This document shows positions 10,549 to 24,610 of a stretch of 64,000 nucleotides of DNA, one piece after another; the first letter of the stretch is position 1; every line of letters begins with the position of its first letter. The position numbers and the translations under genes are program-made. The stretch comes from Hydrurus foetidus (Eukaryota): assembly GCA_900617105.1 (NCBI GenBank), contig UYFQ01000363.1, forward strand, positions 1-64,000, in the 5' to 3' direction. The notes beneath the pieces were generated by a model. The model was not told the DNA's origin and made no database searches. It was given only the letters and a program-made list of their open reading frames with translations.

Positions 10549-10868
10549 AATTCACTCTCGCACAGTTCCTTATAAATTAGTTTGAGCTCTCAATAGCAGA
10601 GCTCGAAAAGTGTGACGACACATTCGTCCCCTGACGCCGTTAAATTCCAGGCAGACCTTTAGCTGTTGGTAGCACCTTTATGGCATACCACTGCAAATGT
10701 GCTGAGTTCTATTCTCGACAAATGTGCTCTCACATTTCTTCCGCACATACTTTACATTCTCTCTTCGCTGTTTCCGTCCGTACCAAAAAAATGATGATGG
10801 AGAAATAAAACGTTGAAAATAAATCTGCGTCTTGTTTTCAAGAGACTTAATGTACGACGGCGACTTTT

Positions 10869-11332
10869 TATGAGGAGTAGGGAGCCAAATCGAAGTCACA
10901 GAAGTAAAGACGGGCAACTCTTTAATCGCCATCTAATAAAGACAGGTAACTTGTCGATCGACCCCTTGGATATCACCGGTACAGTTCTTCACTACTCGTT
11001 GATCTTCCAGTACGATCCGCAGAACTAGTTTGAGGATATCCGGAAGAGTCTTCCGTCCTACTGCCTCAAGGTGCTAGATAATCATTTGAAAATCTATTTA
11101 CGTGGAGCGCTGCGATTTGTGCCTAAAACATTAGGTGACGGATGACAAATCGATTACTCTTCAAATACCTCCGAACTATCTTGACTACTCGATAGGGATC
11201 AGAACTTCTGTCGGACTAGCAATTCATCATTTTCCATTTCCTCCGTTTGATCAATTGGAGTCTATTTGGCCGAAAACTGACTGGGGTAGAGCTTTCCTGC
11301 AACCGGTAGAAGAGTTCTCATCAGAAAAGTGA
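10869..11332 (+). CDS. Possible spliced hypothetical protein (5' end uncertain)
   Basis: Exon FEDIRKSLPSYCLK (11029-11070) splices in frame via GT..AG to VTDDKSITLQIPPNYLDYSIG...WPKTDWGRAFLQP (11135-11332). No family recognised. Confidence 0.3.
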
Positions 11333-11354
11333 ATGAAAAACTCTAAATGTTGAT

Positions 11355-11899
11355 TCACAATGTTAGCGAACAAACCAACCGTAGCTCGAATATCATCCTG
11401 TAGCTCTCCTTTAGTTCATCTTGATAGTCCAAAAGGGATTTCTCGAGTAAGACATTTTTCTGCCTCTCCTCCATAAGCTACATATTAAAAGCATGAAAAA
11501 ACCAAGAGAATCACTACATAGAAAACGATAGAATATCATCTGGTAATCTTTCTATGCTTCTTGGAGAGCTTAAAATGAACAAGTATGTGAAGTTCTCACC
11601 ATCCCCAACGCAACATTTTTCATATCATTAGTTTCGATAATTTCTTTGATCAAGGCTTCATTGTGAAGGCTGCTCTCCTCTAGAGTCAAGAGGAGCTCAT
11701 CCCTCTCTTCAATGATCGACTCAATTTCAACTGCGGCCCTGTCAAGATCGTCGGATTGAGCAATCCATTGGTTCTCGACAAAAGATAATTTATTGCCATT
11801 AAGGTTGAGTGTGATGTCGTCTGAAAAATCCTGCTGATCGTTTTTTCTCTCCAGGCTGGAATCCCTGCTAAGCCTCCCGAAAATTCCAGATGATCTCAT
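11355..11899 (-). CDS. Chibby-like coiled-coil protein; intron 11478-11599
   Basis: ITLNLNGNKLSFVENQWIA resembles the Chibby L.L.G..L.F.NG.WI motif and is followed by a coiled coil. An in-frame splice continues GM|LMEERQKNVLLEKSLL. Confidence 0.5.
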
Positions 11900-12907
11900 T
11901 GAGGCATAGTAAGCTGACGACTCCACTGCAACAAAGATCGACTGCTATTTATGGGAGAACTACCACCTCGAGTGAGCGAGGGTCGAGATTATGAGCAAAG
12001 AGCAAAGCGCACGAAGTTGGAAGTCACGAAGACGACCGTTGGCAGATTTTAAAAGGATATTCCGTATCAATACAGAATATAGTCCTGTCCTCATACTGTA
12101 CATCCACACTATTTAACTTCTTTTTTTCTCGTGGGACTTTTGTCGACTATACCTACTAGGACCTTCCGACTGTACATGACATACTGTACATCATTGACCT
12201 CATGTCAGTAACTATCATATCAAATTCAGTGCAACGGAAAAAGAATTGTGCTTGGGTTGCCATCCCATATGTTTACGTTTCGATCACCACATGACATTCG
12301 TTTAATGATCAAATTCTTATATTTTCTCGCTTTCAAGTCCGAGGTAATCTGATGACTCCATTTAGTTATTTTTAAACATGCACTGTACGTGCTCGAATAG
12401 AGGTAGTTCTTGCAAAGTTTGGGGGTGTCTCTCTTGTAAGTTGTAATAGACGCTTTAAAAATCACGACGACCTTTTGATCTCGAAGCCCGTCCATCGCAT
12501 AGATAGTTACGGCTGAAGGCCGAAACTGATAAATCTCATTCCTTCATTCACTGCAATACTTCTATATCGTCATTAAATGATAAGATATTGCCACCGGGTT
12601 CTCGAAATCTATCCCCATCTCATAGTCATAGAAAAAGCATGAATTTTATGTAAGCTTCACTGACTCGAAACAATGAGCCCAATCAGCGAAACAGCGCTCA
12701 ATGTAAGATGTGGAGAGGCATCATCTAAGTGGTCGGTTCAAATTACAAATTCAGGATTTATCTACTGAAGGAGAATCGTGCGAGTTTGTAAAATTATGGA
12801 ACAGAAATTTGTGGGAGTGGGTAGTGGCTTAAGGCAGTGATGTGCGGATAGCAAAGTGAGAGTATTCTATAAATGACATAACCCCACAAGGTTGGATATT
12901 GCAGACT

Positions 12908-13621
12908 TCAGCAGCATCCACCTTTTTTCTTCGTGGGTTTTACGTTTTGTTTATTCACTTTTGCACCGGGTGTTGTTGTGATGGGTGCAGTGGGATCGAA
13001 ATTTTCTAATCTGTCCTTGACTTGGCGGGCAATAGTCATGAATGCCTGGTCAACATTTACATCTGTCATAGCAGAGGCTTCAAAAAAAGTCATTTTAAAC
13101 TCCCTCGCAAGTGCCTCTCCTTCATCGAATGTGACCACCTGCAATAAAGGAAGCAATTGTTAATTACGATAAACAAATAATTACCTCCTATTTTTTGTAC
13201 AACAGAGCAGCAACAAGCCACTTACTCTTTTTTGCTGTAAGTCGCACTTATTTCCGATCAAAATTTTGTTCACGTTGACATCAGCATGTAATAAGATCTG
13301 TGAAATCCATGACCGAATGCTTTGGAATGACTTCAGATTTGTGATATCGTACACCAAAAGGATTCCTTGCGAGCTTCTATAATAAGAAGTTGTTATTGTT
13401 CTAAATCTCTCCTGACCGGCCGTGTCCCAAACCTGAATCTTAACTTTCTTTTCATCAATTACGACATTTTTCATTTTAAAATCAATCCCCACTGTGAACA
13501 TAGTATGAGTTTTTGTGAATTTGTCGGACTCCGTGGACCATCTCAACAACAGCCAAGATTTTCCGACACCCGAATCGCCTATGGTGACCAGTTTTAGTTG
13601 TAGCGGCTCATCTGATGACAT
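12908..13621 (-). CDS. RAB8: Rab8/RabE-like small GTPase; 2 exons
   Basis: [44 protein letters not shown] and C-terminal GGCC prenylation motif. Intron about 13139-13226. Confidence 0.9.
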
Positions 13622-14669
13622 GTTCCTCAAATGTTCCTCCTGACAGAGATTGTATAATGTCTATCCTGACAGAAGGACGTCTAAACGGAAAGAATTATTT
13701 TATCAGCTTCTCATGTCACTGATAGCTGATGACAGCGATTGGAAAATCCCTTCGGATGATTTGATCACGATGAGATAGCGCTTCGAGCTGTGACTAACTG
13801 GAAAACTCCGAGATTCTAGCGCTCTTGATCAGATGTGATCATCGAATTTCGAATTGTAACGCCAAGTCGAATATGAGAAAATCTGTAGAATAGGCCTGTT
13901 TTGAAGATGCTGTTATACGGTTCGTGTGCCAGTACAGATTGTACTGCAGATACTCAGTTGTTTTATGTTTTGAGTAAGGTCGTTTTGGAAGTCGAAGTCG
14001 TGTCTGGTTCCGATTGAGTTTATTCTCGACAATTTACTGTAATATGTCCTTCTTGAAAATTTCTCTCAAGCAGTTGTGCATTACACGTCTATGTCTTTGG
14101 GTTATGCTGTTTGTTGTTCGGTTATGCATCTGATTGACGCGGGCACCATCGCCTTCACTTACGTCATTAAAACTGTTCTTTCGACGAGAAGCCAATAAAC
14201 TGTCCAGAGTGATGCTAATTGACCTTTGCAGCTAGCTGCAGAGAAGTTATAGTGTCAGGAAAGCTAACTCGATCATCCTATTTGTTGCCTACTGGGCACT
14301 CACCACTGAGTAACGGCTGTAAACTGACACACCGTATTCCACCTTCAAAGCCGTAGGAAGTGTCTCCAAGCGTGTTGAAACATAGAGAAGAACTCTTGAT
14401 TTGTAAGTGTTGGCGGTATTCAAAGTGTTGCAATGTCGGGTTTTCAGAATACATGAGATATTACAATTAGCAATTGAGCTCTGACATTGTTCAATCAGAG
14501 GGTGCCTCAGAACTTACTGACGTTTAATGACAGAGATTTCTCACGACAAAAAAAATCAAATTCACTCGGTAAAATTATTATATTCAATGAATTCATTATG
14601 ACCACCAGTGATTATGACCATCATATATCAACAACATTTCGTGTGCTTTTGGTCGAGTGTTACATCCGA

Positions 14670-15549
14670 TCACTTACTCGACACCAAAATACTTTTCTTT
14701 GCTGCAAACTTGCTGCATGGTCCAACGTGTCGCTGCGATTTGAAGACTGCGTAACTGTGAAGGATTTTGAGATTCGTGAGTAAGTTGACTGATGAAACTG
14801 TGGGCAGCGTAGGAGTAATAAATGGAATCGAGTTACTTACTTAGTGCGAGGTCTTCCGTTGATCAACGCCGCTGAAAATGCTAAAGTTGACTCTGGAAGA
14901 GTATACGACGAAATGATATCATCGGCATCATCCAACACCTGAACATCAATGTTGCCGCTAAAGGACAAGAAGATATTTATATTGAGCAAAGACTGCAGGA
15001 TTTCCCATCAAATAGAGCATCCTTTTCGAGATAGCTAACATAGATCGGTTTGTACGCTGAAACTTACATTTTCCTGCTTTTCCTTGCATGAGCATTTATC
15101 AGTCCCTTCCGCTTCTTTTTCGATAAAGTTCTCGACATTCTCTTAAATTCTTCTGCTTGAAGACGCTCATCATTGTTGTTATTCTTTCCAGTTGAATCTT
15201 TGGCTTCATTCAAATCGCCCAATACTTCAAGGATGGATTCGTCTAATTCTTCGTCTTCAGATGCCTTCTTCACAGCATTTATCTCCGATATAGACCTAAC
15301 CTTCTTCTTCTTATTCCTCTTCTCAGCTGGAAGCATCATTCGCTCATGCATTTCCCGAAGCTTCTTGATATCATCGTGGCTTGATGATACCATTTCAGGC
15401 GACTCGTCATCCTCATTACTGTCGTCTTCCTCACCTCGAACTTCGGTATGAGATTCCGTTTTGGCAGGTGCCGTGATTCCCTCTGCAAAGATATCTTCCT
15501 CTACCGCTATCATCGCCTTAGAGGCGGCTTTCACCTTAGTTCTCTTCAT
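14670..15549 (-). CDS. Hypothetical charged (acidic/lysine-rich) protein; about 3 exons
   Basis: Long ORF MKRTKVKAASK...EEDDSNEDDESPEMVSS..., with GT-AG joins continuing GNIDVQVLDD... and NYAVFKSQRHVGPCSKF. No domain recognised. Confidence 0.6.
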
Positions 15550-15950
15550 CGATCTTCTGATTTGGTAGCTGAATTGTAACTCCAAGTGTGACCTTAACAA
15601 TGGTTGGCAAAGAGAAGCATGAGATGTCATAATGTCATAATTGCGAAATTACCGTGTACACCGTTGACAACAAAGCGGAATAGTTACTGTCCACTGTATC
15701 AATCGGTTAAAAGATTTCTGCCGTTATATTTTATATTTTCAGTAGATACTGTGTACAGTGATGGAGGATGATCATCTCCTCACTCCTCACTCCTCAGGAG
15801 GATTTTGGATGGAGCCTCATCTTGAAATAAAACAACTTACCAGGGATGATTTCACCTGCACAATTTCCTTTCCTCTGAGGGGCTGAATCTCGGAGTTGGC
15901 GGGGGATAGGGAGTCGCTGGACATTTCTTGGGAACCAGTTCATCGTTATA

Positions 15951-17598
15951 ATGTCTGTTGATTCCACAATTGATGGAAAAGTTGAAATTCTCTGCAATCA
16001 GATAATAAAAACAGACTCTGAGTTCTGGGAAATACGCAACAAAGCGGTCTTGGGCTTAACATCACTCATTATTCAATATGAAGGAGCAGATATTTCAAAA
16101 ATAGTGGAGATTTTCAATCCAAACGTTTATCGTCTTCTAAAGGATCCTATAAAAGCTGTCATATCGGACCTTCGATCGCAGCAAATCCGAGATATCTGCA
16201 TATTTTTAATCAAGCTCTCAGAGATCACAAAGGATCACATGAAGGCGTTTCTCAGAGAAATTTTCACTTTCGTCTTAGACGGCATCAAAGTTCCTAATCG
16301 GGTCATGAGCGGCTTCGTGGACAACGCCATCATGACGATGATTAAGAATTCTACTTTTAAATCATGCATCCCGTCACTAGTATCAGAAATCAAGGACAGC
16401 AAAGCGAAGCTCGTCCGAGAAAAATGTCTGGTGAGATGAATCTATATGGGCAGTTTGTCCATCAATAATCTGATAAACAGATTTTCTCACTTTATTTTCG
16501 ATTTCTCTGTACAGGAGTATTTGAATGAGATTCTGATACATTGGGACATTACCGAGAAAGAAGCCGAAGTTATAGCTGATGCCATTAAGATTGGATTGGA
16601 AGATGCAGCTGTTCGAGGTAACCAAATTAGTTAGTAGTATTTGGATCTGAAAAACGTATGTGATGACTGATGAAAATGTACGCCACCGATACACAACTAA
16701 ACTTCACTAAACTTCTTTCTTCTACAACAAAATAGGACGAGAAATTGCGAGAATGGCGTACTTAAATCTTCATTTATTATTCCCTCGGAAAACGGAGAAA
16801 ATTAAAGCAAATATTCCGCCTCAATTGCGACAACGGCTACTAAAAGAGGAATTGGAAAAAATTGGTCCAATATTAAAGGCACAGGAATTAGCGAAAGCGA
16901 GTATTCAAATAAAACAAAACAGTCCAGTTAAAAGTGAAGTTGAGACTGACTTCGTGCAAGAGAGAGAAGCAGCAAAAGAAACGGAGGCAGAAATGTTGAT
17001 AATAATTTCACCAGTTAAAATAGCAAATTTAAGGGCTAGACGATTAAGTTGTGAAGAATCTGCAGTTGCATCTATTCAAGCCATTATTCGAGGCAGAAAA
17101 TGCCGCAGAATGACCATGTCACTGCATTTAAACGGAGACAATGAGTGTGACGGATCTGTCAACTCAAAAAGCCCTGAGAGGACGGATAAAGGCAACACAC
17201 AACACAGAGAATCCGTGTGTTCTCCCAGCCTAATTTCCAGAGCCCCCTTTGGGGCTGCTTCTCCTCATAAATCAAATCAATTGGATGGTCGAGCTGAAGA
17301 GATTAAATCGATATCTAGAAATGTAAATATAGAAAATGAAAATACCATTCTTGGCTTATTAAAAGTTAAAACGTCCATGATGATGGACCATCTGAATGAG
17401 CAACTGAGTTTAATTGAAGATATTGAAAATGAAAGAATGCTACCAAGAGAATCAATTTCAATAGATAATCCAAGAAACACTCTAGCAATAAGTAGAGATA
17501 AATTTTTAAAAACGGTGGAAAAAAGCTTGTCGATAAGTTCTAATGAAGTTCATGTTAATGAAGAATTTCAAAGAAGAATGATAAAATTGTTGCAATGA
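15951..17598 (+). CDS. CLASP N-terminal (TOG/HEAT) domain protein with IQ motif; 3 exons
   Basis: FWEIRNKAVLGL, ISDLRSQQIRDIC, DSKAKLVREKCL|EYL, IKIGLEDAAVRG|REIARMAY match CLASP_N. SIQAIIRGRKCRR is an IQ motif. Confidence 0.75.
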
Positions 17599-18367
17599 CT
17601 ACTGCCTCTTGATACTTACTTATTTGTTCTTTCGTTTTATCCTAAACTTAATTTTAAATAGAAGAAATCCGGGAAAAAAAACAATTGTTCTTAAATCGAT
17701 TTTTCAGATAAATTTTCAATTGTTTATCCGATTCGATCATGCTAATTCTGAATAATACTTATCTTGAAAATATTCGTAGTTTCCTATAGTTCGCTCAGGA
17801 CTACAACAATGCAAATATTCTAATGTCAACAGCGGGGACATTGATAAGCTAGACAGAAAATGCCCCGTTATCGGGCGGAAGTTCATATGAAGTGTACTCT
17901 TTTAATCAGTTTTGCACAGCGGGATAAAGGAGATCGAGAATTAGTCGGGTCCTCAACTCAAAAATTGGGTCTTATCTCAACCGTTTTTACTATCTTCTCG
18001 ACAGTTGTAAAATATTTGTCGGCTCAGTGTTGGGGCAGCGCTGGAATGTGATCCATAATATTTTTTGTCTGCAGCCAGCTTCTTCTGACTTTCAAGTCAG
18101 GAGCAAGAAAGACGGCTGTCAATAATGACCAAAATCAGAACGGATTTTATTACAATAAACTGTATGTACTTTACCAAGAATACAGAATATTGCATGTTGA
18201 GGACAAGCAATGAATTATGAAGCTATGCATCTGTGCTCTGTGCAGCTCGAGCTGTGCCTCTTCCACATCAATAACTTTTGGAGTCTCAATATACTCTGTC
18301 GCTCGAGCGAGTCGCTTTTAGTGGGGTTTCCTTTCGTGGATGACCAAGATACATGTGATATTATATA

Positions 18368-21300
18368 TGATGATGTACAACTCTTTGCTGCGGAAGCTCT
18401 ACAACATAAATCAGCTCCATCCCGTCAAAATGGGCCTGACGAATGCCAAACTACTGTATAAGTTATTCGGTGACCCCGTCGACGGCATTCCTATAATTCA
18501 TGTTGCTGGAACAAATGGAAAAGGGAGTGTGTCTTTGAAGATTGCTGAATGCTTGAAATTGGGTGGTGTGCGGACAGGTCTCTTCGTCTCTCCCCATATC
18601 TCATCGTTCAGAGAGAGGATACAAGTGAACGGGGAGTCCATGTCAGATGAGACTGTGGTGGTGAGCTCATATAAAACTGAAGATTGCGGAAGAAATACCT
18701 CAATCAAAAGCTCTTTGTTCCTAAGTGGAGATGCCTAATGCATTGAAAGAAGTCTTACTCATTCACTTCGTGTTCTCTCGCACTACCCTTACTTTAATCA
18801 CTATTCCGTGGTCTTCAGGCTGAGCATAATTGCAACTTATTCTGATCGGTGTCTATTGTCACATCTTGATATACTCGCACAGAAACTTCTCCCAGAACTC
18901 TTCGAGATGTGTGAATCGAAATCGATTCCAGCAACTTTCTTTGAATTGACAAGTACACTAGCATTCATGGCTTTTAAAAGAGCAAATTGCGAAGCAATAG
19001 TTCTCGAAGTTGGGCTCGGTGGCAGACTGGACGCGACTAATATAATCTCGCCGACATTGTGCATCATCACCTCTATTCAACTTGATCATATGAAGATATT
19101 AGGAGACACTTTAGAAAAAATAGCTGTTGAAAAAGCAGGTACACTTAACACTTATAAGGCAACAAACAGATTTCCTTATATGACAAAGTCATTGTGTTTA
19201 TTACCATTTACTGTTTACGACATTATTATCATAAATTGATTTATTGATATGTCTTGCATTGCATTCCTTATTTACCATTTACTGGTCAGGCATTATGAAG
19301 CCTGGTGTGGATGTTTTGGTAGGGCCAGGCTGTCCTATAGATTTCTTAAGAGTGAGTAAAGTGTCGTAAGAATGCTAGTAGGAGAAATGGAGATTTGGGA
19401 AATTTTAGATACATTTGTATTTTGAAATTCTGAGATATGATAGAAATCTGTTCTTCAGATACTCCATCATATACTGTGGTGTGATCAATTTTCGAAGCAT
19501 CCTTTTTTCCATCTGGCAAGTCTGCATCTGATGTAGTGTAGCTGGAATCAGCAAGTAGCATATTGGCTGTAAGAATAAGATGGGCGTCAATTATCTTTAT
19601 ACTCAAAATCTGCATTTTTATTTCTTACTTCTCACTTACATACATAACTATATGCATTTTTTACGTACGTATAGTGGAATGCACTATGTGACTACGATCT
19701 GATCACAGAACATTTCATCACTGTTGCCACACATTTTTATTTTTTATTCACTCATTTCATTGTCATCCAGGCTGAGGCAAAGAGAGTGGGTGCACCTTTC
19801 TACACCGTAAATGACGTGCTAAATAAAGAAGAAATAAGCTACAAAGCTCCTTTAAATATTGGTGAATTTGCAGATATTGATAATCTGAACACGGATATCG
19901 CAAGGGCCGCATTAGCGTAAGTACGAGTGTACGTGTGCGTGTGCACTATGCGTTATACGTATTTTGTGTTGTATATAAATAGTTCTGCATCTTGTTGCTT
20001 TCTGTGATATTTGATGTGATTTCAGCGCTTCTCAGAGATAAATATTTAATATTTGTTTTTCATTTGTATTTTTTCATTTGTATATGAGCGGGGATTTTTA
20101 TTTTTATATGTAGCATTTTTTATTTCGTAAAACATTTTATATTTCTGTGTTATGTGTTATTTTTTGTATTTGACGTCTACACAATTGACACCTGCTTCGT
20201 GAATTAAGTATCAGTGTCCTTTCTGAAATACATTATAAAAATCTGAACAAATATGCAGCATTACACATTCAGACTATTCTCTACTATTCTCATAATTGCT
20301 GATGTAAACCGTCACAAACAATTCCTCATTATGCTCCGAAAGATTGTTGGAAAGAAAAAAGATTCCAAGCTTTGTAAAATGTTTCGAAAATAAGGAAATG
20401 CTCAACGGATTATCCATTCGCCCACCATGTCGTTTTGAAATATTCAAACACAGTACAACTGTAAATGCACACTCCCAACAATTTGTTGATGTTGATGTTG
20501 ATGTTGATGTTGTTTTGGACATAGCGCACAACGAAGATGCAATGATAGCACTTGTTAGAAAAGTAAAAGGTATCTACAAAGGCAGTCCTATCAGGTGACG
20601 AACGTACGCAATGCAGTGTTCTGTACGGATAACACCTTTTTATTTATTTATTGTTTTTTTCAAACTTTTTCTAATTAGTCGGAATCCGCACCGCAAAATG
20701 TATGAAGTCGGAGTAAACTCAAATCAGAACCTAAATATAACCTCTCCCAATATTCATCTCTCGAGCTGATTCAATGTTTTTTATTTACCTTCTTTTTTTT
20801 CCCCTCAGGGTTGTGCTCGGAATGTCAGCAGATAAAGATTTAGCAAAATGTCTTAATCCCGTACTAGATATGGTCGACGGACAGACAGACAGAATTCACT
20901 GCACAGCTGTGAGTTTCTTCTCATCAATTTTATTTTTCCTTTTCACTAGTATGTTTTATCATATTTTTATTTATTTATTTTTAGAATTCTTTTTTGACTT
21001 TTCATATAATTCACCACGTTTGGTTCCCTATCTTACTTTTACTGATTTTTCTCTGATTGTCGTTTATAGGCTCGTCAATCAAGAGCTTTGAGTGTTACTG
21101 ACTTGAAGAACATCATCGAAGAACTCCGTGTAAGCAAATATGGCAACAGTGACGAGGAGTCAGCTGGAGAGATTAGTACCAGTCTCAATGAGAGGAAAGA
21201 AGAAGTGAGGGATGATGATGCGACTGAGGCGCATGTCACTGTGCGTACCACTCTCCGAGCTGCTATACAAGCAGCTGTATCAGAATATTACGAACTGCAG

Positions 21301-21818
21301 CGCCACCACCTCCACTCCACTCATCCTGATTTACAGTCCCCCTCTCTGCAAAAGTCTCTGGCTCTCTTTCATTCTAATGGCGGTGCATCCAAGCTCCCTC
21401 CCCCTTTAGTGGTAGTGTGCGGCACCGCGTTCGTCATGGCGGAGGCTAGAGCGGAATTAGGGGTAAAGGAACCGAGGGACAGTGAGTCACTCAGTGACCC
21501 CCTTTCTTCCGCTGATTTGGCCGATTTTAACCGGAACATAGATGCACAGGTACCGCTTCAAAACTTACCCTGTGATGTTGTGTTTGAATTCTATTTGATG
21601 GTTTTTTAGTACAATGCGTCATGCAGATGCTAACATTAGCTGCTGACTTCCTTTCATCGGCTGCTATGAACCCGTTCTCTCCTTTCCTCTCTCTATCACG
21701 ATGCTATTTCCACTACCCCATTTAAATCTTATTCCCACTTCCTATTACCATTTATTCGCTCATATACGTACTTCACTAGGAATTCTTCGGGGAGCCCACT
21801 TCTTCGCCTTCCAAGTGA
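18368..21818 (+). CDS. folC: Folylpolyglutamate/dihydrofolate synthase (FolC family); about 8 exons
   Basis: IIHVAGTNGKGSV, GLFVSPHISSFRERIQVNG, TFFELTS, LEVGLGGRLDATNII, LDHMKILGDTLEKIAVEKAG|IMKPG, PPCRFE, VVLDIAHN, VVLGMSADKD, VVVCGTAF. Confidence 0.92.
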
Positions 21819-22100
21819 AATCCAAGCATCACAGAAGTGAAGTGAAGGAAAGAGAAGAGAGCATGATTCAGGGGGTGACTAGAACACGATGCTGAGTCTT
21901 ACTTCCTTGCTGTAGAGAAGAGGGAACTGTGCTATGGAGGATCTTTCTACCTCGATATCAATCTTAATTTGACACCTCCATGTCAATTTTTGTTGAGATT
22001 TTTCAATCCAAAAGTTCGAAAATTTCTTTATTCACTTCTTTCAGTTTGTTAACACATGAAAATCTGACAATGCAAAATGCATAAAAAAAAGCAATTTATA

Positions 22101-24003
22101 TTACGCTAGCCCTCTCTTTCTCCAGTCATTTGGCCAGAAATCAGACAGATAAGGCTTATTAAAGTCCGATCCATCAGGGGGGTGAAACCAATAGTTGAGG
22201 GCTAAATGGCCGGAATCCCCGCCCCCTGTGGACCGCACCTCGTGAAACCACCCCGCTGGGATAAATAGCATTTGCCCTGCTGTCAATGTTACTTGATAAC
22301 TTCTAGATTGATCGCTATTGTTGCTTTCTGTGCTACCATGGATGTCGCTATTTATACTGCTGCTGTTACTATCGGATATCACCACTGAGGCTCGAACATC
22401 TTCTTTCCTTCCATTTCTGCTGTTGGTGAGAGCTTCGTAGTAGAGTGGGTACTGCTTTGCAAGTTCATCGAGAGGAAGTGAGGTGTCAACAGCACTGAAA
22501 TTAGGAGGGGATTTGATTGAGGTGCTTACACCAGCTAGAGAGTGATTGCTAGGATCAGTTACACTTATTTTACTCTTGTGGGAACTACTCGATTCTTCTC
22601 CAGTGCTGTCGCTATGAATATTCTTCTCAGCCTCAGGAATCTTCTGCGTACTGATATGAATGTTCTTTGCAGTCTTAGGAATGTTTCCGCTATCTGCATC
22701 TGCATCGTCATCACTCTCAACGTAATCATCTACCCCCTCAAAGTCCCCCTGATCCTCTCCATCATTACTATCTCCATCTTCTCCATCTTCTTCAGACACC
22801 GCTCCTTCGATCCTTCTGGTTCCGGAAGAAGTTCCGATGTTCCTAAGAAGGTTCAGATGTTCAAAACCTTCATTCTCATCAAATTCTTCATCCTCATCCT
22901 CATCTTCGCTTCCATCCTCGTCTCCCTGCAATTTAATGATGCGGGTGTTCAGTTTATAAAGTCGGTTATCAACTCGATGCGCCAGTCAGTCAGTCAGTCA
23001 GTCAAAGTGCTGATGTTTCATTCAGATCTTCTTCTCAGTCGTTTGGCGAACTCGAGTTGAATTAATGCCCTCAGTATTTTCTATTTTAGAAAGCTGAAGT
23101 AATTACTGACCGAATCTTCATTCCCAGCTATTTCTGCATCTAGAATAGCCTCTAATGCATCCTCAATTCTCTGCTCTGCAAGCAAGATATCTTCCTCGTC
23201 TGCATTTGTCAGGAACTCTGCTGCAGTGTCAAGTTCTGCAGAAGCTTTCAATGCTATCAAAGAAGCTTCATCAGAACCATCTAACAATTGAAAGGAATTG
23301 TTAGGAGTGACTGATTTCGAGTTTTTTGCTACAATTGTTGAATTTCTATCCTACCAGCATTTGTCGTCTGATTTTTGTAATTGATGCGTCCGTTCGGATG
23401 AATTTTCACAATCTCTCCAACAGTGTACATACTAGCAGCTTCTTTGGGGCTGAAAAGAGTTATTTGCTTCTCTCCCCGCAGAAGAAGGTACAGGTTGTCA
23501 TGAAAATCATGATGCAATCCAGAGCTGGTGGGACGTTTTGATGACCCAAACCACAAATTGACATTCTGAGGAATAAGATTTCCACAAAGCTTCGGTACCC
23601 ACGGGAAATCTCCTATGAGGCCATCGACAGGAGGCGATGTGAGAGAAGGCTGGCCCTCATGCGTGTAAGATAGCTCCTGAGTTGTCAGATAGAACAACGT
23701 CTCATCCTCTTGTTCCAACGAGTCAATGAAGGAGTTGAAAGTCATCTTCTTCTCATTTCCCCGACCGAATGATTCATGAGCACTATCACGACTCTCGACA
23801 CGCAGCAGGACTTGACCAGACTTTTGGCGCATATATTTGTTTGACCACTTATCGCCTTTCCAACTTTCATCATTGATGAGAGATGAGAACTTCACGGGAT
23901 TTCTCTTCGCCACGTACTCACAAAAGAAAGTCTTTGGGTCTAAGTGTCCATCTTCAACAGGAATCCCATTAACTTCACGCTTTTGCCTTTTTGAATCCGG
24001 CAT
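22101..24003 (-). CDS. JmjC (cupin-like, Cupin_8) 2-oxoglutarate/Fe dioxygenase with acidic insertion; 3 exons
   Basis: NLWFGSS...SSGLHHDFHDNLYLLLRGEKQITLFSP and LTAGQMLFIPAGWFHEVRS...ALNYWFHPP. The HxD...H metal triad is intact. Confidence 0.88.
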
Positions 24004-24610
24004 TGCTCAATCACAACGTGCCTCCGGTTGAGAGCCGAGATGTCCCTGATGGTGTCGTTTCTACTTGTAACATTTCAGTACTGTACTGGCTGGTGCTGGT
24101 GCTGTGTGCTGTGTGATGTGGAGTGTGGAGAAGTGAGAGCAACCCGAACCCAACGATGTATTCCGTATTCCGTATTACCTGTACTGTACAGTGTACAGTA
24201 CGAGAAGTACAAAATACAAAATACAAAATACAAAATACGAAGTACGAAGTACGATACGAAGTATAAAATACAGAAAATAGTATCCGGATAATATCGCAAC
24301 AGGTTTCTCTCTCTCCTCTCTCCTCTCTCTCTCTCTCGTCACTCTTCAGTTCTTCAGTTTATGCTCCTCAACTCCTCAAGTCTCGGGAGAGAGATACTAC
24401 ATCCTCATAGTTGCGCATGTGAAGTTAATCTTGTGCTACTCCGCCGTTGTTCGCAGGAATCGTCACGTTGATATCAGTTCTGGCGATGTAAAGGACTTCT
24501 TTGCTGCGAATTCAAGAAAAGTTACTCACCATATTAATTTTTCAGATTGCAGAAGTTCTCAGGTGCCTCTACGAGAGAAGATTCGCCTAAATTATAGAGA
24601 TTATTTAGCA

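Noticed and set aside
12207..12512. Short inverted match GTAACTATC/GATAGTTAC around ORF 12226..12495
   Set aside because: Only about 9-11 bp with no TSD and no recognisable protein; compatible with chance.
20485..20512. (GTTGAT)n giving VDVDVDVDV in FolC
   Set aside because: Simple in-frame microsatellite in a variable loop.
24050..24400. Low-complexity (AAAATAC)n and (CT)n tracts and their ORFs between the divergent JmjC and PACRG-like genes
   Set aside because: Ordinary promoter-region microsatellites; the ORFs are compositional artefacts.
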